Shown one piece after another: positions 23,684 to 32,000 of a stretch of 32,000 nt of DNA. Each line of letters begins with the position of its first letter. Position 1 is the first letter of the stretch. The stretch is from assembly GCA_942493095.1 (NCBI GenBank), contig OW818675.1, positions 2,160,001-2,192,000 of the forward strand, given 5' to 3'. A program made the translations under genes and the position numbers. Under the pieces are notes generated by a model, which was not told where the DNA came from, did no database searches, and saw only the letters and a program-made list of their open reading frames with translations. Origin of the DNA: Candidatus Electronema halotolerans. Lineage in GTDB: Bacteria > Desulfobacterota > Desulfobulbia > Desulfobulbales > Desulfobulbaceae.

Positions 23684-24468
23684 CGGAGAAAGCCAGTCAG
23701 GGGCGAGGAGGCTTGGGCATATTCCTGCTCTTCAGCCAATTGCGCCAGACGGGCCAGCCGCCCGGCCTGCACTGCGAGAGCAAAGGCTTTGCCAGCCATG
23801 ACTGGATCGCTGCTGGTGGCAATGGCGGTGTTGACCAAGACCGCGTCCGCGCCCAGCTCCATCGCCTCTGCGGCTTGCGAGGGTCTGCCAATGCCCGCAT
23901 CGACCACCACCGGCAGTTTGCTGCTCTCGATGATCCGCTTGATCATGGCCTTCATCTCCAAGCCCCGGTTGCTGCCAATCGGTGAGCCGAGCGGCATCAC
24001 CGCTGCTGCGCCCGCATCGTGGAGCTGCTTGCTGACCGTGATGTCCGGCATCATGTAGGGCAGGACAATGAAGCCTTCCTTGGCGAGCAGCTCGGTAGCC
24101 TTGAGCGTCTCGGCATTGTCCGGCAGCAGGTATCTGTTGTCGGTGATCACCTCGATCTTGATGAAATCGCCGCAGCCTGCCTCACGGGCGATGCGGGCGA
24201 TGCGCACCGCTTCCTCAGCAGTGCGTGCGCCAGAGGTGTTGGGCAGCACCTGCACCGAAGGCGGGATGTAACGGAGAATGTCCTGCTCGCCTGCCTTGGG
24301 ATCAACCCGGCGCAGGGCCACAGTGATCATCTCCGAGCCGCTGGCTGCCAGCATCGGCGCAATCAGCTCCCGCGAGGCGAACTTGCCCGTGCCGGTGAGC
24401 AGGCGGCTGCTGAAGCGCACTCCGCCGAGCAGCAGGGCATCGTTTGCTGTCTTCCTGTATTCAGTCAC
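23680..24468 (-). CDS. thiG: Thiazole synthase ThiG
   Basis: [19 protein letters not shown], the ...[11 protein letters not shown]... segment and [13 protein letters not shown] are typical ThiG motifs. I prefer GTG 24468 (GGAGG 8 nt upstream, 1 nt after the thiS stop, 262 aa) over the track ATG 24525, which overlaps thiS by 56 nt. Confidence 0.85.
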   Translation of the reverse strand: MTEYRKTANDALLLGGVRFSSRLLTGTGKFASRELIAPMLAASGSEMITVALRRVDPKAGEQDILRYIPPSVQVLPNTSGARTAEEAVRIARIAREAGCGDFIKIEVITDNRYLLPDNAETLKATELLAKEGFIVLPYMMPDITVSKQLHDAGAAAVMPLGSPIGSNRGLEMKAMIKRIIESSKLPVVVDAGIGRPSQAAEAMELGADAVLVNTAIATSSDPVMAGKAFALAVQAGRLARLAQLAEEQEYAQASSPLTGFLR

Positions 24469-24469
24469 G

Positions 24470-24667
24470 TCAACCGCCTCCAACAAAACTGAGCAGCTCC
24501 ACTGTGTCCCCATCCTGGAGGACATGCTGCTGCCAGTGTTCTTTTTTAATCAGCTCAAAATTGACTTCCGCGACTATCGCATCAGGAACAAAGCCTTGTT
24601 CCGCGATCAGCTCGCGCAAAGTCTGGTCTGCGGTGTCAACCGGCTGGCCGTTCAGAATTATTTGCAT
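24470..24667 (-). CDS. thiS: Sulfur-carrier protein ThiS
   Basis: [10 protein letters not shown]...[10 protein letters not shown] is 65 aa with the C-terminal Gly-Gly. ATG 24667 is preferred to the track start 24697. Confidence 0.85.
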   Translation of the reverse strand: MQIILNGQPVDTADQTLRELIAEQGFVPDAIVAEVNFELIKKEHWQQHVLQDGDTVELLSFVGGG

Positions 24668-24671
24668 GGTG

Positions 24672-24729
24672 AAAAGGAAATACCGGCAGTCCGGCAAGGC
24701 GGAGACAGTGCTCCGCTTTGCCCGCTGCC
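24672..24729 (-). terminator. Long imperfect stem-loop plus T-rich run between the giant gene and thiS
   Basis: On the - strand: GGCAG-cg-GGCAA-a-GCGGAG-cactgt-CTCCGC-c-TTGCC-gga-CTGCC, then GGTATTTCCTTTTC, directly before the thiS ATG. Confidence 0.4.
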
Positions 24730-24774
24730 GACTGAGATTGCCTGTGAGAATGCGGCGGATTGATGCGGGCGGGC

Positions 24775-27700
24775 CTATCCTTTGCCTAATTCCTGCCTGA
24801 GCAGGCGGATTTCGCTGATCAGTTCCTGCTTGAGCTGGGCAACTTCGTCTTGGAGCTGCTGGAGACCGGGATCCCGGCTGCTGGCCGGACGCGACCCGTC
24901 AGCCACGAGCTGGTCAAAAAAGTCCTGCTGCCAAGCCGTGTAGCGGCTGATGATCTCAGGCAGCTTGCCCGGCTCGTCTGAAGCATCCAATCCGGCGGCC
25001 AGCTCCTGCACCAAGGCCGCGCCGCTGTCCGCCGCCCTGCCTTTGGGAGCTTTGGCCAGCATGGCTGAGGAGGAGTCGAGCAGGTGCAGGAGGATGGTCT
25101 TGTTCGGCGGCACAGCCTCTTCCTGCCGTGCTGCTGCTGCCAGCTCGGAAACCTGCTGCAAGTTGTGCGCGGACGGGGCTGCGGTCAGCGCGGCAGCAGC
25201 CAGTGCCAGAGCGGAGAAGGCTGATACTGCTTCCACAGCTTGCTCAGGACGCTCCGCACCAGCATCCTCGGCAGCCAGCGCGCTTTCCTCAAACGCATCA
25301 GGGACAGCATCATGAGCAAACTGGCTGAACAATCCTTCAGGTTCCTCATATTCTTTGCCTAAGATCAATTCCTCATCAGACTTAGACTGAAGGGCTGAAA
25401 CTTCCTCTCTGTCTGCCGTTTCCTCCCGCTCTTTCAAGGCGTTGAGGAAATCCTCGTCTGTCGTTTCCTGCTGCTGCACCAAGACAAAGATATCGTCGTC
25501 TTCTGCCAGCGGTTCATCCTGAATGCTGGCAAAAGCATCTTCCTCAAGGGCCGGAATGTCCGCATCATCTTCAATGCTTTCGTCCTCTTGTTCATCAAGC
25601 GGACTGTCAAGCTCAGATGCTTCAGCAAAAAGAGAGGAGGCTGCGTTTCCGCCTTGAGCAATGGCGAACACATTGTCTTCCTCCGCATCAGTGTCAAGCC
25701 CGTTGAATGCGTCAGTCACCTCTTCAGCTAATTCAGCTTCCTGCTGAACAGGAAAATCAGCAAAAACATCTTCTTCCGCCGTTTGAGACTCCTGATCAAG
25801 TTCCTGCCCGTCATTAGCAGGAGGCATTATGAACTCGTTCTCAAGATCACCCTGCGGAACTTCCTCATCTGATAACGCATCGTTGTCAAAGCTGAACAAT
25901 GAGTCCAGCTTTTCTTTAATTTCCGTGGCCTGCTCCTGATCAATGCCTTCTTGAGCCGGTTCTTCTCCGAAAAAGCTGTCTTCCGCCAACTCCTCGGCAT
26001 CGTCCAAGCTCAAACTGGCCGCTTCCTCTGCTTCAGCTTCCGGCACGGACGTGTCCGCATCATCCTCCATGCTGAAGAAGTCATCCAGGCCCTCATCTTC
26101 TGCATCAGGCAGGGCCGCCGCTTCAGCATCCGGTTCTGGAGCTTCCTCCTCGCCGAAGAGACTTTCAGCTCCAAGCATGTCGTCAGCATCGTCCAAGCTC
26201 AAACTGGCCGCTTCTTCAGCTTCCGCATCCGGCGCGGAAGTGTCCGCATCATCCTCCATGCTGAAGAAGTCATCCAAACCCTCATCTTCCGCTTCAGGCA
26301 GGGCCGCCGCTTCAGCATCCGGTTCTGGAGCATCCTCCTCGCCGAAGAGACTTTCAGCTCCCAGCATGTCGTCAGCATCGTCCAAGCTCAAACTGGCCGC
26401 TTCTTCAGCTTCCGCATCCGGCGCGGAAGTGTCCGCATCATCCTCCATGCTGAAGAAGTCATCCAAACCCTCATCTTCCGCTTCAGGCAGGGCCGCCGCT
26501 TCAGCATCCGGTTCTGGAGCATCCTCATCGCCGAAGAGACTTTCAGCTCCAAGCATGTCGTCAGCATCGTCCAGACTCAGGCTGGCCGCTTCCTCAGCTT
26601 CAGCATCCGGCACGGATGTGTCCGCATCATCCTCCATGCTGAAGAAGTCATCCAAGCCCTCATCTTCCGTCTCAGGCAGGGCCGCCGCTTCAGCATCCGG
26701 TTCTGGAGCTTCCTCATCGCCGAAGAGACTTTCAGCTCCAAGCATGTCGTCAGCATCGTCCAGACTCAGGCTGGCCGCTTCCTCAGCTTCAGCATCCGGC
26801 ACGGATGTGTCCGCATCATCCTCCATGCTGAAGAAGTCATCCAAGCCCTCATCTTCCGTATCAGGCAGGGCCGCCGCTTCAGCATCCGGTTCTGGAGCTT
26901 CCTCATCGCCGAAGAGACTTTCAGCTCCAAGCATGTCGTCAGCATCGTCCAAGCTCAAACTGGCCGCTTCCTCAGCTTCAGTATCCGGCACGGACGTGTC
27001 CGCATCATCCTCCATACTGAAAAAGTCATCCAAACCCTCATCTTCCGCTTCAGGCAGGGCCGCCGCTTCAGCATCCGGCTCTTGTTCCGGCTCTGGAGCT
27101 TCCTCCTCGCCGAAGAGACTTTCAGCTCCCAGCATGTCGTCAGCATCGTCCAAGCTCAAACTGGCTGCTTCCGGCACGGAAGTGTCCGCATCATCCTCCA
27201 TGCTGAAGAAGTCATCCAAGCCCTCATCTTCAGCTTCAGGCAGGGCCGCCGCTTCAGCATCCGGTTCTGGAGCTTCCTCCTCGCCGAAGAGACTTTCAGC
27301 CCCCAGCATGTCGTCAGCATCGTCCAAACTCAAACTGGCCGCGTCCTCAGCTTCAGCTTCCGGCGCGGAAGTGTCCGCATCATCCTCCATGCTGAAGAAG
27401 TCATCCAAGCCCTCATCTTCAGCTTCAGGCAGGGCCGCCGCTTCAGCATCCGGCTCTTGTTCCGGCTCTAAAGCTTCTTCATCGCCGAAGAGACTTTCAG
27501 CTCCAAGCATGTCGTCAGCATCGTCCAAACTCAAACTGGCCGCGTCCTCAGCTTCAGCTTCCGGCGCGGAAGTGTCCGCATCATCCTCCATGCTGAAGAA
27601 GTCATCCAAGCCCTCATCTTCAGCTTCAGGCAGGGCCGCCGCTTCAGCATCCGGCTCTTGTTCCGGCTCTAAAGCTTCTTCATCGCCGAAGAGACTTTCA

Positions 27701-30700
27701 GCTCCAAGCATGTCGTCAGCATCGTCCAGACTCAGGCTGGCCGCTTCCTCTGCTTCAGCTTCCGGCACGGATGTGTCCGCATCATCCTCCATGCTGAAGA
27801 AGTCATCCAAGCCCTCATCTTCCGCTTCAGGCAGGGCCGCCGCCTCAGCATCCGGTTCTGGAGCATCCTCCTCGCCGAAGAGACTTTCAGCTCCAAGCAT
27901 GTCGTCAGCATCGTCCAAGCTCAAACTGGCCGCTTCCTCAGCTTCCGGCGCGGAAGTGTCCGCATCATCCTCCATGCTGAAGAAGTCATCCAAGCCCTCA
28001 TCTTCCGCTTCAGGCAGGGCCGCCGCTTCAGCATCCGGCTCTTGTTCCGGCTCTGGAGCTTCCTCCTCGCCGAAGAGACTTTCAGCTCCCAGCATGTCGT
28101 CAGCATCGTCCAAGCTCAAACTGGCTGCTTCCGGCACGGATGTGTCCGCATCATCCTCCATGCTGAAGAAGTCATCCAAGCCCTCATCTTCAGCTTCAGG
28201 CAGGGCCGCCGCTTCAGCATCCGGCTCTGGAGCTTCCTCCTCGCCGAAGAGACTTTCAGCTCCAAGCATGTCGTCAGCATCGTCCAATCTCAAACTGGCC
28301 GCTTCCTCAGCTTCCGCATCCGGCACGGACGTGTCCGCATCTTCCTCCATGCTGAAGAAGTCATCCAGGCCCTCATCTTCTGCTTCAGGCAGGGCCGCCG
28401 CTTCAGCATCCGGCTCTGGAGCTTCCTCCTCGCCGAAGAGACTTTCAGCTCCAAGCATGTCGTCAGCATCGTCCAATCTCAAACTGGCCGCTTCCTCAGC
28501 TTCCGCATCCGGCACGGACGTGTCCGCATCTTCCTCCATGCTGAAGAAGTCATCCAAACCCTCATCTGCTGCATCAGGCAGGGCCGCCGCTTCAGCATCC
28601 GGTTCTGGAGCTTCCTCCTCGCCGAAGAGACTTTCAGCTCCAAGCATGTCATCAGCATCGTCCAAGCTCAGGCTGGCTGCTTCCGGCACGGATGTGTCCG
28701 CATCATCCTCCATGCTGAAGAAGTCATCCAAGCCCTCATCTTCCGCTTCAGGCAGGGCCGCCGCTTCAGCATCCGGCTCTTGTTCCGGCTCTAAAGCTTC
28801 TTCATCGCCGAAGAGACTTTCAGCCCCCAGCATGTCGGCAGCATCGTCCAAGCTCAGGCTGGCTGCTTCCTCAGCTTCCGCTTCCGGCGCGGACGTGTCC
28901 GCATCTTCCTCCATACTGAAAAAGTCATCCAAACCCTCATCTTCCGCTTCAGGCAGGGCCGCCGCTTCAGCATCCGCCTCTGGAGATTTCTCCTCGCCGA
29001 AGAGACTTTCAGCTCCAAGCATGTCGTCAGCATCGTCCAAGCTCAAACTGGCCGCTTCCTCAGCTTCCGGCGCGGACGTGTCCGCATCATCCTCCATGCT
29101 GAAGAAGTCATCCAAGCCCTCATCTTCCGTCTCAGGCAGGGCCGCCGCCTCAGCATCCGGTTCTGGAGCATCCTCCTCGCCGAAGAGAATTTCAGCTCCA
29201 AGCATGTCGTCAGCATCGTCCAGACTCAGGCTGGCCGCTTCCGGCACGGAAGTGTCCGCATCATCCTCCATGCTGAAGAAGTCATCCAAGCCCTCATCTT
29301 CCGCTTCAGGCAGGGCCGCCGCTTCAGCATCCGGCTCTGGAGCTTCCTCCTCGCCGAAGAGACTTTCAGCTCCAAGCATGTCGTCAGCATCGTCCAAGCT
29401 CAGGCTGGCCGCTTCCTCAGCTTCCGCATCCGGCGCGGACGTGTCCGCATCATCCTCCATGCTGAAGAAGTCATCCAAGCCCTCATCTTCCGTCTCAGGC
29501 AGGGCCGCCGCTTCAGCTTCCGGTTCTGGAGCTTCCTCATCGCCGAAGAAACTTTCAGCTCCCAGCATGTCGTCAGCATCGTCCAAGCTCAGGCTGGCTG
29601 CTTCCGGCGCGGATGTGTCCGCATCATCCTCCATGCTGAAGAAGTCATCCAAGCCCTCATCTTCCGTCTCAGGCAGGGCCGCCGCTTCAGCATCCGGCTC
29701 TTGTTCCGGCTCTAAAGCTTCTTCATCGCCGAAGAGACTTTCAGCCCCCAGCATGTCGTCAGCATCGTCCAAACTCAAACTGGCCGCGTCCTCAGCTTCC
29801 GCTTCCGGCACGGATGTGTCCGCATCATCCTCCATGCTGAAGAAGTCATCCAAGCCCTCATCTTCTGCTTCAGGCAGGGCCGCCGCTTCAGCATCCGGCT
29901 CTTGTTCCGGCTCTAAAGCTTCTTCATCGCCGAAGAGACTTTCAGCCCCCAGCATGTCGTCAGTATCATCCAAGCTCAGGCTGGCCGCGTCCTCAGCTTC
30001 AGCTTCCGGCACGGATGTGTCCGCATCATCCTCCATGCTGAAGAAGTCATCCAAGCCCTCATCTTCCGCTTCAGGCAGGGCCGCCGCTTCAGCATCCGGC
30101 TCTGGAGCTTCCTCATCGCCGAAGAGACTTTCAGCTCCAAGCATGTCGTCAGCATCGTCCAAACTCAAACTGGCCGCGTCCTCAGCTTCAGCTTCCGGCA
30201 CGGAAGTGTCCGCATCATCCTCCATGCTGAAGAAGTCATCCAAGCCCTCATCTTCCGCTTCAGGCAGGGCCGCCGCTTCAGCATCCGGTTCTGGAGCTTC
30301 CTCCTCGCCGAAGAGACTTTCAGCCCCCAGCATGTCGTCAGCATCGTCCAGACTCAGACTGGCCGCTTCCTCTGCTTCAGCTTGTTTTGTCTCTGGAGCT
30401 TCCTCATCATCAAAAAGGCTGTCAGCAGTCAGTTCTTCAACATCGTCCAGACTCAAGCTGGCTATTTCGCCAGCATCCGACGGCTCTGCTGGCGTCTCTT
30501 CTGCTCCGAAGAGACTTTCAGTTCCAAGCATGTCGGCATCGTCCAAATGCAGAGCGGTGGTTTCTTCAGCTTCTGGTGCGGACGTATCTGTGTCCTCATC
30601 CATGCTGAAGAAACTGTCAGCACTCAGTTCTTCCGCATCGTCGAAACCAAGACTGGCTGATTCCTCTTCAGCGTCTGGCGCGGCTGCGTCTAACTCTTCA

Positions 30701-32000
30701 TCCATGCTGAAAAAGTCATCCATGCCATCATCCTCTGCATCAGACAAAGTTGCCACTTCCGGCTCTGGAGTTTCTTCTGCTCCGAAGAGTTTGTCAGCTT
30801 CCAGCATGTCAACATCATCCAAGCTCAGGCTGGCTGACTCCTCTTCAATTTCCGGCGGCTCTGTCTCTGCTGGGGCATCTTCTTCTCCAAAGACAAGACT
30901 TTCAGCTTCCAGCATGTCAGCATCGTCCAAGCTCAAGCTGGCCGCTTCCTCAGCTTCAGGTTCAGTTGCGGATGTGTCGGCATTTTCATTCACCATTCCA
31001 GCCGCCGGTTCCGACTCTGAAGTTTTCTCATCGTCAAAAAGACGTTCAGCTCCAAACATGTCGTCATCAAGGTTGAAGAAAGAATCCAACTCGTCATCTT
31101 CTTCCTCAGACTGGGCAGCCGCCTTTTTTTCCAGCTGCGACCCTTCCTCAGCCTTGACCGCAGGCGCGTCATCATCAAAACTGAGAAGGGAGTCCATGCC
31201 GTCATCCTCTGCATCAGACAAAGCTGCGACAGGCTCCTCTGTCAGAGGGCTTTCCTCCGCCTCAGTTTTCAAGGCGGCAGCAGGCTCATTGTCGTCATCA
31301 AAATTGAAGAAAGAGTCTAATTCGTCATCGCTGTCGTCATCTTCATCATCCTCTCCAACCAAGGCGGCAACCGGCTGCGCTGGCACCGACTTCTCTGTCA
31401 AGGGACTGTCTTCCGTCTCTGTTTTCAAGGCGGCAGCAGGCTCATCGTCGTCATCAAAGTTGAAGAAGGAGTCTAATTCTAATTCATCATCCTCGTCGTC
31501 ATCTTCATCATCTTCTCCGGCCAAGGCGGCAACCGGCTGCGCTGGCACCGACTTCTCTGTCAAGGAACTGTTTTCCGTCTCAGCTTTCAAGGCGGCAGCA
31601 GGCTCATCGTCGTCATCAAAGTTGAAGAAGGAGTCTAATTCTAATTCAGAATCGTCATCATCTGAAGTCTCCGCAAGAGACATCGCAGGTTCGGCTGGCT
31701 CTGTTTCCAGATTTGCGCTCTTTTCTGTTTTATGCTGCGGACTCTCTACTGTCTGAGCTGCTCCGCCTGTATCTTCATCATCAAAATTAAAAAAGGAATC
31801 CAGTTTCTCATCAAATTCCGCCGCCCGCTCTTCCGTGATATCGCTTTCCAGTTTGGCAGCAAAGCCTCCTTCCTCATCCTCATCCGCCAAAGCCGGTGTC
31901 ACCCCTCCGTCACTGCTGAAAAGAGCTTCTCCCGGCCATTCATCATCGTCATCCTCATCCGCCGCAGGACGCAGCGAGGCGGCGGCTTGTGCAGGAGCCG
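24775..32000 (-). CDS. Giant acidic tandem-repeat protein, function unknown (5' end outside the window)
   Basis: TAG at 24775-24777. The track starts it at GTG 31902, but the same frame stays open to position 32000 (...APAQAAASLRPAADEDDDDEWPGEALFSSDGG-VTPALADEDEE...), so the N-terminus probably lies beyond the window. D/E/A dominate. There is a non-repetitive C-terminal region of a few hundred aa, including an Ala-rich hydrophobic stretch (VSAFSALALAAAALTAAP) and a terminal coiled-coil-like LQQLQDEVAQLKQELISEIRLLRQEL. Confidence 0.8.
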   Translation of the reverse strand, partial: APAQAAASLRPAADEDDDDEWPGEALFSSDGGVTPALADEDEEGGFAAKLESDITEERAAEFDEKLDSFFNFDDEDTGGAAQTVESPQHKTEKSANLETEPAEPAMSLAETSDDDDSELELDSFFNFDDDDEPAAALKAETENSSLTEKSVPAQPVAALAGEDDEDDDEDDELELDSFFNFDDDDEPAAALKTETEDSPLTEKSVPAQPVAALVGEDDEDDDSDDELDSFFNFDDDNEPAAALKTEAEESPLTEEPVAALSDAEDDGMDSLLSFDDDAPAVKAEEGSQLEKKAAAQSEEEDDELDSFFNLDDDMFGAERLFDDEKTSESEPAAGMVNENADTSATEPEAEEAASLSLDDADMLEAESLVFGEEDAPAETEPPEIEEESASLSLDDVDMLEADKLFGAEETPEPEVATLSDAEDDGMDDFFSMDEELDAAAPDAEEESASLGFDDAEELSADSFFSMDEDTDTSAPEAEETTALHLDDADMLGTESLFGAEETPAEPSDAGEIASLSLDDVEELTADSLFDDEEAPETKQAEAEEAASLSLDDADDMLGAESLFGEEEAPEPDAEAAALPEAEDEGLDDFFSMEDDADTSVPEAEAEDAASLSLDDADDMLGAESLFGDEEAPEPDAEAAALPEAEDEGLDDFFSMEDDADTSVPEAEAEDAASLSLDDTDDMLGAESLFGDEEALEPEQEPDAEAAALPEAEDEGLDDFFSMEDDADTSVPEAEAEDAASLSLDDADDMLGAESLFGDEEALEPEQEPDAEAAALPETEDEGLDDFFSMEDDADTSAPEAASLSLDDADDMLGAESFFGDEEAPEPEAEAAALPETEDEGLDDFFSMEDDADTSAPDAEAEEAASLSLDDADDMLGAESLFGEEEAPEPDAEAAALPEAEDEGLDDFFSMEDDADTSVPEAASLSLDDADDMLGAEILFGEEDAPEPDAEAAALPETEDEGLDDFFSMEDDADTSAPEAEEAASLSLDDADDMLGAESLFGEEKSPEADAEAAALPEAEDEGLDDFFSMEEDADTSAPEAEAEEAASLSLDDAADMLGAESLFGDEEALEPEQEPDAEAAALPEAEDEGLDDFFSMEDDADTSVPEAASLSLDDADDMLGAESLFGEEEAPEPDAEAAALPDAADEGLDDFFSMEEDADTSVPDAEAEEAASLRLDDADDMLGAESLFGEEEAPEPDAEAAALPEAEDEGLDDFFSMEEDADTSVPDAEAEEAASLRLDDADDMLGAESLFGEEEAPEPDAEAAALPEAEDEGLDDFFSMEDDADTSVPEAASLSLDDADDMLGAESLFGEEEAPEPEQEPDAEAAALPEAEDEGLDDFFSMEDDADTSAPEAEEAASLSLDDADDMLGAESLFGEEDAPEPDAEAAALPEAEDEGLDDFFSMEDDADTSVPEAEAEEAASLSLDDADDMLGAESLFGDEEALEPEQEPDAEAAALPEAEDEGLDDFFSMEDDADTSAPEAEAEDAASLSLDDADDMLGAESLFGDEEALEPEQEPDAEAAALPEAEDEGLDDFFSMEDDADTSAPEAEAEDAASLSLDDADDMLGAESLFGEEEAPEPDAEAAALPEAEDEGLDDFFSMEDDADTSVPEAASLSLDDADDMLGAESLFGEEEAPEPEQEPDAEAAALPEAEDEGLDDFFSMEDDADTSVPDTEAEEAASLSLDDADDMLGAESLFGDEEAPEPDAEAAALPDTEDEGLDDFFSMEDDADTSVPDAEAEEAASLSLDDADDMLGAESLFGDEEAPEPDAEAAALPETEDEGLDDFFSMEDDADTSVPDAEAEEAASLSLDDADDMLGAESLFGDEDAPEPDAEAAALPEAEDEGLDDFFSMEDDADTSAPDAEAEEAASLSLDDADDMLGAESLFGEEDAPEPDAEAAALPEAEDEGLDDFFSMEDDADTSAPDAEAEEAASLSLDDADDMLGAESLFGEEEAPEPDAEAAALPDAEDEGLDDFFSMEDDADTSVPEAEAEEAASLSLDDAEELAEDSFFGEEPAQEGIDQEQATEIKEKLDSLFSFDNDALSDEEVPQGDLENEFIMPPANDGQELDQESQTAEEDVFADFPVQQEAELAEEVTDAFNGLDTDAEEDNVFAIAQGGNAASSLFAEASELDSPLDEQEDESIEDDADIPALEEDAFASIQDEPLAEDDDIFVLVQQQETTDEDFLNALKEREETADREEVSALQSKSDEELILGKEYEEPEGLFSQFAHDAVPDAFEESALAAEDAGAERPEQAVEAVSAFSALALAAAALTAAPSAHNLQQVSELAAAARQEEAVPPNKTILLHLLDSSSAMLAKAPKGRAADSGAALVQELAAGLDASDEPGKLPEIISRYTAWQQDFFDQLVADGSRPASSRDPGLQQLQDEVAQLKQELISEIRLLRQELGKG
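25990..30380 (-). repeat. About 23 near-identical in-frame tandem repeats of about 189 bp (174-201 bp variants) inside the giant gene
   Basis: The landmark CATGCTGAAGAAGTCATCCA recurs at 26068, 26257, 26446, 26635 and 26824, and as the one-mismatch variant CATACTGAAAAAGTCATCCA at 27013 (all spaced 189 bp). Spacing then shows small indel variants. Unit peptide: AEAAALPEAEDEGLDDFFSMEDDADTSVPEAEAEEAASLSLDDADDMLGAESLFGEEEAPEPD. Confidence 0.9.
31230..31810 (-). repeat. Second, older repeat family in the giant gene: 156-162-bp units with the LDSFFNFDDDD motif
   Basis: CAAGGCGGCAGCAGGCTCAT recurs at 31270, 31426 and 31588. Peptide units: ELDSFFNFDDDDEPAAALKTETEDSPLTEKSVPAQPVAALxGEDDEDDD. LDSFFNFDD occurs four times. 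Confidence 0.8.

Noticed and set aside
24469-24525. Upstream ATG 24525 as the thiG start, and ATG 24697 as the thiS start
   Set aside because: ATG 24525 would overlap thiS by 56 nt and add about 19 non-conserved residues. GTG 24468 has a GGAGG SD and gives a normal-length ThiG. For thiS, MQIILNG at 24667 is the canonical N-terminus.
24668-24774. TPP riboswitch upstream of thiS (a CTGAGA hexamer occurs at 24732-24737)
   Set aside because: The hexamer is on the + strand, the wrong strand for thiS. The rest of the THI-box consensus is not present on either strand by eye. It needs an Rfam scan to be certain.
26051-31756. 1901-aa Ser/Ala-rich + strand ORF, plus the shorter + strand ORFs 25951-27471, 28042-28794 and 30382-30660, antisense to the giant gene
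   Set aside because: These are mirror-image artefacts. The sense strand is a monotonous run of GAN/GCN codons, so the antisense frames contain almost no stop codons and inherit the same periodicity. There is no independent start or SD context, and the acidic - strand frame has the coherent non-repeat C-terminal domain and stop.

Overview
GC-rich chromosomal window from a Gram-negative organism (TonB-dependent receptors, lipoprotein signal peptide). The taxon cannot be determined from the sequence alone. Genes are almost all on the + strand up to about 22.5 kb and on the - strand after that.

(1) 1-4421: a YcaO/TOMM-type RiPP cluster. It contains the 3' end of a precursor peptide with four tandem 13-aa Cys-Cys-His-Gly-Gly cassettes (absent from the ORF track, 5' end outside the window), twin hairpins, an E1-like/RRE partner protein, a YcaO cyclodehydratase, an EntS-like MFS exporter and a short divergent SagB-like dehydrogenase.

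(2) 4490-14003: a TonB-dependent receptor, then a 306-nt leader carrying six exactly phased 23-bp palindromic repeats. Behind it is a translationally coupled Nik/Opp/Dpp-type ABC importer (SBP, two permeases, two ATPases) with an embedded SAM methyltransferase and a second SBP.

(3) 14392-20719: an 86-aa protein with 34 His residues, a second TonB-dependent receptor, and a signal-peptide-bearing tandem tetrapyrrole-methylase-fold protein whose 3' end is cut off by an AT-rich IS5-family element. A DUF4198-type periplasmic Ni/Co uptake protein follows.

(4) An APC permease, a C-terminal remnant of an ABC permease, thiS-thiG-thiH on the - strand, and a giant (>2400 aa, runs off the window) acidic protein with about 23 near-identical 63-aa repeats.

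Main hypothesis: a ribosomally synthesised thiazol(in)e/His metallophore with its own export, outer-membrane re-uptake and ABC import, sitting in a nickel/cobalt-flavoured metal acquisition island. The gene calls are read from the sequence. The metallophore function and the metal identity are inference.
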